Under the pieces are notes generated by a model. That model had not been told where the DNA came from. It worked only from the letters and a program-made list of their open reading frames with translations, and did no database searches. A stretch of DNA of 64,000 nucleotides from Paragordius varius (lineage: Eukaryota; Animalia; Nematomorpha): assembly GCA_964247055.1 (NCBI GenBank), contig OZ176056.1, positions 3,224,001 through 3,288,000 of the forward strand. Reading direction: 5' to 3'. Position numbers and translations under genes: made by a program. Positions 49,440 through 61,000 of the stretch are shown here, piece after piece. How positions within the stretch are numbered: the first letter of the stretch is position 1; every line of letters begins with the position of its first letter.

Positions 49440-52296
49440 ATGTTGCCGGTCGGCCGAAAACAGATATTTAATTTGTGCATTTTGCCAAAGAGGTTTGCCA
49501 ATTAATTTATGTTTTAGAACGGCTTTTTACTACAACTATACTGGTAAAAAGGAAGATGAATTTCCTTGGCGCATAGCTGATGATTATCCATCAAAAACGA
49601 AAGTTGGCCCTGAACGTGACCTAGTAAATTTTCCGCGACTCAATCAAAATACTTATCCTCCTTTAACTCGATTAAATTTTTTACCGAATAGATGGTTTGA
49701 ATTTTTTTATCCAAAAACCGGAGTAACTGGTATATATTTATAATCGAATATAAAATTATTCAAATGTAACGCAAGAAATATTTTTAAACTAAACAGCCAT
49801 ACTTTCTAAACCTTAATTTTATTAAATGTATTGTTTTTTGTAACATACCGAATAGAGATTTAAATTGGTTAGACCCTCATTATAGTTTATATTGCAATCA
49901 TTTTGATTAAATAAAAATTAAGGAAATTATGTTTACAAAAGTTGTCTATAAGTTGATAGGTTTTGTCTTACTGTTTATATTTTTATTTTCCTCTCATAAC
50001 AGTAGATAACTTTTGACTTTTTAAGTGGCGCATAAACATAAAAAGTCAAATTATACAAAATTCTTAGGTGGAATTATAATTTTTATTTCAGAATTACTGT
50101 TAGAATGATAGTAAATACCAGAAAATGCAAGAAAACTCGGGTGGCAGAAATTTTTGTTGTCCACCAGTGTAATGCATACATAAAATCTACATTTTGTCTT
50201 TATATTATCTTAGGACCTTACCTGTTTTTGGGCGGGTTAGTTACAACGCTTTTGCAAAAAGAAATATGGGTTGTTGAGGCAGAATTCCTGGGAGGAACGA
50301 TTATGTTCCTAACCATATTTGGTTTTATGAAAAAATATGGAAACACCTTGAAAGAATATTATGCTAAGCAAGTCCAGGTTTTTATCCACAATTTTTACCC
50401 TCATTTATTTGTTTAATTAATAATGTTTAAAACAGGATACAAAATTATATGGTACTCTTTTTACTGTACGATTTATGGATTTTCTATTTTTAAATTTTAC
50501 ATTGAATTTACCCAATTAGACAAAATTTGAAGAATTTCTAAAAAATTGAAAGTTTTAAAGATACATATAATTTATATTTATTTCTATAAATTATTACTGA
50601 CATGTTTGAATATTCGGTGAATATAAAATTATTGTATAAATATACATTATTTTTTTCGAATAATTATATTATAGGATGATATAAAGGAAGCACAGGCCAT
50701 ACACCAAAAACATATTGATTACTACAAGGAACACATTGAAATCGAGAAAGTTAAGCAACGTGAATCCCAAGCCCCCAAATATATAGCTGAATTTCAAAGG
50801 GTAAATAATTATTTAAAAGAAAATTCTTTTTTTGATTTGAATCGCAAAGTTTAATACAGAGGTCTAAAGTCCCGTGAAAAATTTAAGAAGAACTAACATA
50901 ATCTAGACAATTTACGTTAACAAATTATTGTTGAATTGTTTCTTCCATATTTTGGTAGCGAACTAGCAAATATTGGTGGTATAAATAGCAGATATATTGA
51001 CTTTGTTAACAGTTTTCGGTTTGAAATCTAATTAAAAATTTTATTTATGCCAAAAATACATTTTTTGAATGCCTTCGCCCGGTTTTTTGAGTAAAAAATG
51101 CGTCCGGCGAAGAAATACGTGTAGGAAATCTTTGGTTTAAATGTAATAATTTATAAATTTAATACCTAAATGTAATGGTTTATAATTTAACGACAAAAAT
51201 ATCTAATTGATAATGTTGAAATTTAGACTTCTACTTTAATAACCCGTATTCAAAATCGTATCTCCTCGCTATGTAAGAAATTAAGTAAGTCGTGGTTTAA
51301 AAACTCGTATTATACATATTTTACGCTAGTTTTTTTTTTATAAGATTTCTGTATTTTTTGTAGGATAATGTGGCATTACAACAAGAAGCCTTGTATAGAG
51401 AACGACTGCTTGAATTATACCAATCTGTGAAAAAGCGTTTGGTAAAAATATTTTTACGATAAATTTTTTGAAAGTTATTTAGCAAAAATTTGATTTATAT
51501 CTTTCAAAATGATATTACAGTAAAAATTGAAATTATACGGGCAAAACGTATAAATATAAAGACAAATATTTTTTTTAAAGACAACCATATTTTTGAATCT
51601 TAAAAAATATAAAATAGACATGTAAATTGGTAGCCCAATTAATTTATATAGTATACGATTGTAATTAAATGCTTTAATAGAAATTAAGGTTTGATAAAGT
51701 ATCATTGTCTTTTAGAAAAAAAAATTGTCTTTACATTTTTACGTTTTGTCCGTATTTCGAATTTTTACTGTATAAAACTCATTTTATACATAATCTAATG
51801 CAACCATAAAATAAAGGTTATAATTAAAGGTATAATAATTGATTTTTTAATGTATAAAATAATTAAACATTTTGGCGGAAAAATTATTAATATTAAGACG
51901 TTAATTAGATGATTGCTTTAGATATTCATCTCAATTTTTTTAAATTTAAATTTTACAAACCCTCCCTAAATATTTTTATTTGTATTTAAATAAAATAAAA
52001 AAAATGTTTTTAAAATTGAGTTTTATATATTTATTATTTTTTTTAATGTCAAAGGATTACCGTGTTGAATTGGCTAATATACGGAGAAAATACGAACATG
52101 AAAATATGATTGATTGGATTATCCAACAAGTCTATAAGAGTATTACGCCTCAATTGGTATTATAAAAAAATTTTTTTCAAACAAAAAAAAAGATTTTTAT
52201 AATATTTCTATGAAAAATATTATTGTATAGCAAAAAGAAGCCCTTCAAAAATGCATTGTGGATCTAAAGCATTTATCAAAAACGGCACAGATATGA
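49440..52296 (+). CDS. ATP5PB: Mitochondrial ATP synthase Fo subunit b
   Basis: Exons 49440-49492 (tentative), 49518-49729, 50214-50377, 50675-50800, 51364-51441, 52055-52156, 52231-52296. Motifs [61 protein letters not shown] and QKCIVDLK. Confidence 0.95.
51516..51772. mobile_element. Tc1/mariner-type MITE in ATP5PB intron
   Basis: TA-CAGTAAAAATTGAAATTATACGG ... CCGTATTTCGAATTTTTACTG-TA. Confidence 0.85.
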
Positions 52297-52414
52297 AATA
52301 ATTGATTTGATTTATATTACATACTATTGTATTGTATTGCTTTACATTGTCCTTAATAAATTTGATGATTAGGAAATTAATTATTTGGGTAAATATTTTT
52401 AATTTCACAACACA

Positions 52415-52670
52415 TACCATTTATTCAAATTCACACTCAAATAAATTATGTGTTTTTTAAAAGTAACAATTAACCTATATATTAATATATTTTTAAAAAA
52501 TATAATATTGTTTAAAATTTAAATAAAACTGAAAAAATAATAAACTATGCCATAAATATATTTCATATTAATAATGAGTTATATTAGTTCGAAAACACAT
52601 AATTGTTTTTTTAGGGGGATTGTTCAAGGGTGAATTTGAATTGTTCAAGGATGATGAACTGTAAATGGTA
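52415..52670. mobile_element. 21-bp-repeat foldback element (copy E)
   Basis: TACCATTTA ... TGTAAATGGTA ends, reduced repeat arrays. Confidence 0.8.
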
Positions 52671-53360
52671 TATCTTTATTACATTTGTCATTTTATTAAT
52701 TTTTGGTTGAAATAAATGTAAATTGGCAAAAGAAAAGGGATATTTTACTTAAGAAATCTCACAACAGGCCAATGCAATATGATCAAATATAAAAATTAAG
52801 TTGAGGTAGATTAGTGAAAGCTTAAAAATACTTGGCAAATTCTATAAACCCTTTCTTAACATCTTTTCAAATAGCATAATGGCAATCTATGCTATCCAAC
52901 CTCATCATATATCTGAGGAATTTGTTGATTAGTGTTATTTGCAAATGTTCAAGTTTTATATTGTCAGAAAGGTCCATAAAATAACTTTAAATTAAAATTA
53001 TGTATACTCTTGAGTCCTCAAACTTAAAAAGGGAAGTTTACCAGTTTTTAAATGATGCATAAGAAACAAATTTTTGCCTTTTGTAAATTATTTCCTGCAA
53101 AGGGGATGCTTTTGCTGATTATTAATCTAGTCTACAGAAATAAAATTTAGTATCCATTAAGCTCGAAACGAAATTCTGCCAAAATATGAACCATACAACT
53201 TAGGTTGACATAAGTGAGGTGGAAGGTACAGAAAGAATTGCTAGGCTCTTTGGAAGGTTTATACAATTAAAAACCTTTATACAAGTTTCTATCTATGGCA
53301 AATCTTTCGTTTGTAAATTATAAGAGATAATTATTTTTTTTAAATCAAGGTTAGCCAAGA

Positions 53361-53624
53361 TACAGTAAAAACTGAAATTATACGGATAAACGTAAAAATA
53401 TAAAGACAAATACTTTTTTTGAGACAACCATACTTTTTAAATCTTGATTTATTTCAATATAACTCATTGTTTTATGTATAAATAGAGATATATATTACTA
53501 ACATAATCAATTCTATATTTTACCATTGTAACTAAATAGCTTATGTGAGAAAAAATATGGTTATAAAAAGTATGGTTGTCTCTTTATATTTTTACGTGTC
53601 CGTATAATTTCACTTTTTACTGTA
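53361..53624. mobile_element. Tc1/mariner-type MITE
   Basis: TA-CAGTAAAAACTGAAATTATACGG ... CCGTATAATTTCACTTTTTACTG-TA. Confidence 0.87.
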
Positions 53625-55152
53625 ATTATTAAAACTACGCCTTGTTGATTACAGAACCAAATTTAGAGACTTTTCGCAAATATTCCAAGCCTTTGTTTAT
53701 ACCTTTTAAGCTTTATTTCCATTCATCCTGTTTGGGGAGCCTCTTTTCCCTTATATATATATGACTGGCTTTTATTTTTTAATAATTTAAGAATTTTATA
53801 AATAATAATAATAATTTACTTAAGGTTATAAAGAATTAACATTAACTTCCCCCTATAGTAAAGCTGTCTGGGGGTTTTCCTTTTAATGTGCCAAAGCAAC
53901 TTGGTCATTTTTGTCATTCTTTCTGATGTAAATTCAATCCCTGGTATCTCAAATATATAATTTTCTTTATGCTTTCTTGCTATACATTTTCATATCAATA
54001 ACATTAAATGGCTGCCTTCTTCAGATTTTTTGTACATTCTATGAATTATACATTATAATGGGTTGCGCAATCGAACCCTTTATGACTTTTTATCTGATAT
54101 CGAAAATCTATCCGCAAAATACTCCAGTTATAACTCCTCTTAATTTGTAGATTATCGTTTTTGGTTATTGCCTCCTAGTATTTGTAACTTACCCGTCAAA
54201 CCCTAACTTGCACCTCTATTTTATAATGTAGACTACTAAAGCCATTAAATTCTGTTTTTGCTTTATAATTTAATTCGATAGCGAATTCATTTATTTTATA
54301 CAATCAATGATTTAAATTTTTGATAATCATAGGGGGAACTTTTTTCTAAAAGTTGTGAGATTCATACGTATATTATAATTTTATATAGCTTTTCGGTGCA
54401 TTTTAAAGTCAATAAACCACCAAGCAAATATAGGATCAGGCAAACGCATTTTCTTACCAGTCATAACCTCGTTCAACTCTTTCTTTTACTTGTGCTTTAT
54501 ATAATATGAAATTAATCCATGGAATTCCGATATCTGGGCTTGTATTTAGCTATAACAAATGTTTATGCTATGAAAATTATACAGATTCATTCGACACAAA
54601 AATGGCATAAACAAAATATTTATGAAAAAAATAAAATTATCATACTACTTACTAATTTATTATTTTAAACATAGTGATTAAAAATGTTGATTGATGAATA
54701 AATACATGGTTTAATGACTTTTGACTTTTTATTCTTGTAAAAAAATAATGTAAATATAAGATACATGGGGGGTTAAAAATATTGGGATATATATACGATT
54801 AATTACATTAAATATACATATATAAATGCTTTTTTGGATGTTATTAAATTTATAATTTTTAGCACATATGTTATTTATTACATTGTTTAATGTTCAATCA
54901 ATCAATCAAATTGATAATAATGAATGATTAAGTAAATGCGAATTGAAAATTGCTATATTTAAAATATTACAAACACATGTATATAGGTCCATGAAAAATC
55001 AAAAATAACTATATAAATTTATATAGTATAAATATAAAAAAATAAAACTTAAAGCTGAAAAGTATGGATATTTGTGACCATATATATATGAACTACCTTT
55101 TCAATATTCTGAAATATTTATTTACAAAATTTGAATACAAAAGTGTTTGATA

Positions 55153-58027
55153 TTAATTATTTTCAAGCATGGTTATTTGAACATATGAAGTTGGTATGAA
55201 TCCTTCAATAAAGGAAATTCTATCACCTTGGACATCTAATAAAGGTTAAAGTTACAAAAAATATTTAATAAAAAACCAGTAAAAATTAAAATTAGGCCTG
55301 AAACGTGAAAATTTTATATATATACTCTAAATAAGGAGCGCGCATTTAAAAAAATAAATTTATTAAAAGTAACAATATATTCAATCGTAAGGCTTTTATA
55401 CAATCTTATATAATTACAGTTGCAATTAAATGAAAAAACTCCAAATTTTAATTAGTTATAAAAAATTTAGATACTACATGATATAAAAAATTGACAATAT
55501 AATTTTTAAAGTCCTTAGATATTTTGCAATAAAAATACCTTCAGAGCAAACATTTTTCCCTGTAGTTTTTACTCGTGTCCAACCGTCCCCCTGATCAAGT
55601 TCAAGTAAATCAAACTTCTCCCCAACTTTCATGGGTATGGAGCCTTCGCTTGAACCTATTTTCACAATCGTAAAAATAATATTTTAGAAACACATGAAAT
55701 ATTTGTCAAAAGTAAATAACAATGTTTCGATTGCACCGTCACCTTATAAATGTGTTGTGTTTGCAGACTAAATTGGAATGAATTATTAACAATTTATTAG
55801 GAAAATATTATGATTGGGAAAATACAATCAGACATGACCCAAACTCAACTCAATTGACCTGAGATGACTGTCTCGATCGCAAGTTATTTCACTCAAGAAT
55901 TTGAAAATTAGCTTATGCTGCAAAATCAACCACCTGATGATTGAAATACAAGTTAAAATTTTTCATAAATACAGTTTGATCAAAAATATGTATTAAATTC
56001 AATCTGTTCATTTTCATACCATCAAAATCGTATAAGGCCACACAGAATCCAATCACCGTTAATATTCCTCCTTCATCATCAACGTTATTACCATTAAAAT
56101 TATTATTACATTCAAGTGTTTGCTCACAATTTTGGAGGGTACTTTTGTTAGTAGTATTTATATGATTATTAGGACTTGATAAGTGATTTATAATATTTTG
56201 TGACACTTGTTCAACTGTATTGTTGGCCCCAGAAGTTTCGAAATAGTATTCAGATATGGATGAAGTAGTTTCATCTAAACTATTATTGGGCAGTTTTGCA
56301 CAACTAAAAGATTCAAACAGTTAAAATTTTATAATTCATTAAAATTTTATGATTCAAAAGATATGAAAATGACTTTTTAGGAAAAAACAAATATTTTGGC
56401 CTTCAATTTTTATAAAACGCATATAAAACACTATTTAGTGTTAATAAATCAAAACATATCTAATTGGAAATCCAAAACGTTTCCAATCACCATAAAAACT
56501 ATCATTTGCTGTGAAAATATATGATTTATAAAAACAAAAAATAAAGTGTTAATTTAAAACTATAATGTATGCTAAATAACCTATATATTGACAATAGGAT
56601 TATTCTATTCCTTATTTTAAAACACAAAAATGATGGGTTATATTAAAAAAATTGAAATATGTTTATACTTTTTTGTTTTTATTATAATTTTAATTTATAC
56701 TGTAAACTAGGGTTTATTAAGAAATATGTAACATAAATAATCAAAATTTTAATGAAAAAAAAAACAAGGATAAAAATAAATTTAATTCAGGTAGAATAAG
56801 ATTTATGCATTAATAAATCGAAAAGTTCCCTAGAAGTTAATAAATTGTCAAATACAAACATTTCCAAACAACAAAAATTAAATTCAAAAAATATATTAAT
56901 GACCAATTTATTTGAAACAATAAACTTATACATTCTTTGATTGCTTACTTAGAATCTTTGCAAATATTTTAATTATATTTTTGGTCAGAATCAATAATAT
57001 TTTTATAGAAACCCACAGAGGTATAAAAAACATTTTTTTCAGGTATGTAAAATTAAAATTATTTTCAATATTCGATAAAAATTTAAAAAAAAATTATGGA
57101 AATAAAAAAATAAAAACTTAGTTTTATGGTTAAATGCAGCAGGAGAATCCATATTTTGTCCATCATCAACATTTTTCCCACCAAAATATTTGCGACAATT
57201 GTCATCAATCAAATCATAATCGCCAACTTTGTTATTATTAATAGATCGATTTAAACCTAACCAATAAAATTACATAATAATATATTTTATTCAATTAATT
57301 ATTGAGGAATATGTTATAAAAAAGCGTTAGTTAGTTTTATAAATAGCAAAGTTTTTTTTCAAAAAAGATGTTAAACCAAAGAAACTTTTTTATTATAGAA
57401 AATAGCGATATTTTTGAAGCGTTAATTTTTATTGCAAATAAATTTTGGGAATAGCCAAGCCCGCTAAATTTAATAATCAAATACTTATATAGAATTCCTA
57501 AGGATTTACTTTATTATATTTAAAATCTGAAGCGATATATGAAATTAACATTGATCTTTCATACTGTTTTAGTAGATATCAAACCTTTAAATATAAACTC
57601 TAACGTAAACTTTCTACTATTAAAAAATCGTTAAAAATTTCATTAAAACCAAAAAATTTACTTAAATTCTTAGTCATGGCCGATATTTCTTCTGTCGATG
57701 ATCCTGGGTGAGAAATAATCCCATTTACTATGGAGGAACAGCTGACACTCGAAGAAGTACCACTCAATATAGTGTTTGGATTTGAATGTTGTTGACCCCC
57801 TGTTGATTGAAAAATGTAATAATATTTCATAAAATTGTTTTTAACACAATTCCTTTTGAATTAAAGAGTTTATGCTTATTTTATATATATAAAAATCAAA
57901 TAACTATATAATTATACATATATATATATATATATAATGATATTTTCCATATAAAATTGTGTTTAACACAATTCTTTTGTAAAAAAATAAATAGTTCATG
58001 CATAAATAACTACATATAAAAATCAAA

Positions 58028-58058
<31 letters not shown>

Positions 58059-61000
58059 CACTAGACAACAAATTTTGACTTTTTTTAACTGCCATATATC
58101 TGAAAATTAAATTTTAATTAAGTATACTATTCCAAATCCGAAAAATGTTTTTGGCCCAGCATGAGAATAGATTTTGGGAAAATTAATATTTTGTAAATTT
58201 TAAAAAATCAAAAAATCGGACGCTTGATTAAATATTTTATAAGATAGAAAAATATTGAGAATATGAAACATCTATAATTAAATAAAGCAGACAAAACTGT
58301 ATCTTTTACATATAAATATATTATATAAGCTTTTTTATTAAAAATCTTAAATTGAGAGAATAGTAGTCAAATTTTGTGCTTCTTTGCCAGCTGCTCATCA
58401 TAAACGTCCGTAAATATGTCTCGTGTAATTATATTTAATTTATATATTAAAAAATATATATAGTTTTTTGTCCAATTTTAATTTTACCTTAAAGTTATGA
58501 ACCAATTTAAGTACATCAGTGGCGAAAAACCCAAATTTGACTATTGCTTGGTTTATACGATTTATCATATATGACATAGATTGTGAAAGAAATATATATT
58601 ATGATGCTAAATAAATGTTTTTAATTGAAATTAAACACAGTTTGAATCACATGTTTGTAAATAGATGGCATATAATTAAAAGGATAATTCTAAGAAATAT
58701 AAATTAAATCACATTATTATATTTATTTGGCATCATATAAATATATTATGTATTAGGATTCCAAATAAATTTAGATAACATATTAGTTAATATTGTTCTT
58801 TTTATATTAATTATTTATAAATTTTTTTTATATCTTGGTGCATTCTTTCGCCTACTTGATCTGATATGCAATTTAATGGGAATCGATCAAGGTGTTCATC
58901 AATCCTATGAATTTTTATACTCATTTGACAATTTATATTTGAAATACTGATATAATACCCATATTTTGAAAAACTTCTAATGAAATTCCCTGCCAATTCT
59001 TAAATCGTGGCGACTTATATGATCCTATAATTATGATTTAAATACCTAAAAATCCATATTCAAACGTTTGCATAGCATCAAATGCTTGATGGCTTTTCTT
59101 TCTGAGTTAATAGTTTAACAAAAGAACTATATCTATATACATCTTTTTAATCATGGGACCCGTTGTTACCACTCCGGCATCTGCTTTAGCCGGAGTGAAT
59201 TTTAAACTTGATTGAAAATGTTTAAACGAATCCAATTTTTTTATAAAAACGGAAAAAACTCCCAGTAAAACATGTATTGGGATTGTAGAACTTATTAATG
59301 TCAATAAGGGGTTGGTTCCCTTACACAATTATTCATTCCGATTGTGAAGGTTCTGAAATCCCAATCTATGTATATGTAATGCAGGGAACGTTCCCTACTA
59401 TTCCACAGGCAATACAGACAATGGTATTTAGGAAATCCCAAGCCTGCAAGCATTAAAAGCACATAAATGTTATTTTTTAGCTAGTCTTTAAAATCACCAA
59501 GCACGTTCCATTGCTTCCTTGTATAATTTACGCATTCAAAAAATCTCATTTTGAAGAATTTATAAGATTCTTTGGCAGGCTGGGAATGGCCAATTATTAA
59601 AGGATATTTGTTCCCCTGTTTATTCAACACAATATTTTAAACCTAAAATTATAAATATTTTTAACCATGTTGGTGAATAATGCCCAGTCATCGGGATTAT
59701 ATTTTACATTTATTTCTTGCATTAACCCACTAATGTCATTGCAATAAATAAGCCCATCCGTATCTGCAAAAAAACTACTGATTGTCCTTTTTAGTAATTT
59801 TATGTTTTTTAATGTATGAATCAATAACATTTTTTGAAAAATTCATATCTGATTCAATAGAATATGTATGATCATCATAAAATATATTGTAAAAGGCTGA
59901 CCATCATGTTTTACAGGATATTTAGCACGGGATATACATTCGGATATCAAAGAGATAAAAGTAGCAATTTGATATTAATTTTAGGATTAAACTTGACTTG
60001 ACTATGATTCTTCGGTTTTTAAGCCAAATCATTGGGAAGCTGAAAGGCATTTGCTTTATGGTTATTTTTCTAATCAATTAAATTATTTATATGGAATGAA
60101 TCGCATATTTTTTTGCAGATATGGATGGGCTTATTTATTGCAATGACATAAATGGGTTAATGCAAAAAATAGCTATATATAAAATATAATCCCGAGGACT
60201 GGGCATTATTCATGGATTCCAACATGGTTAAAAATATTTATAATTCTAGGTAAGTTTTGAAAATGATATTGTGTTGAATAAACAGGGTAACAAATATCCT
60301 TTAATAATTGGCCATGCCCGGGCTGCCAAAGAATCATATGAATTCTTCAAGAAAAGATTTTTTGAATGTGTAAATTATACAAGGGAGCAATGGAACGTGC
60401 TTGGTCATTTTAAAAACCAGCTAAAAAAAACATTTAGTTGCTTTTAATGCTTCTTGCAGGGTGAATTTCCTAAATATCATTGTCTGTATTGCCTGTGGAA
60501 AATTACATAAAAAAGATTGGGGTTCCACAGAACCTTTACAATCGAAATGAATGATTATGTAAGGGAACCAACCCCTTATTGACATTAATAATTAGGCCTA
60601 CAATCCCAATTTAAATATTTTACTGGGAGTTTTTCCGTTTTTTTATAAAAAACTTTGAAAAAAATTCGGATTCGTTCAAACATTTTCAATCAAAGTTTAA
60701 ACTCACTCTGGCTAAAGCAGAGGCCGGAGTGGTGGTAACGGGTCTGATTAAAATCTATAGATAGTTCTTTTGTTGAACTATTAACTCTGAAAGAAAAGCC
60801 AGAAGCCCTTGATGCTATGCAAACGTTAGTTTGATTATGGATTTTTAGGTATGCCTATTTCCTAATTATATTATGGGATCATACAAGTCGCCCCACGATG
60901 TAAAGAATTAACAGGAAATTTCATTAGAAATTTTCAGTAAATATGGGTATTATATGAGTATTTCAAATATAGGTTGTCAAATGAGTATGAAATTCCATAT

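Noticed and set aside
54050-54090. tRNA B-box-like GGTTCGATTG on the minus strand
   Set aside because: No cloverleaf or A-box could be built around it.
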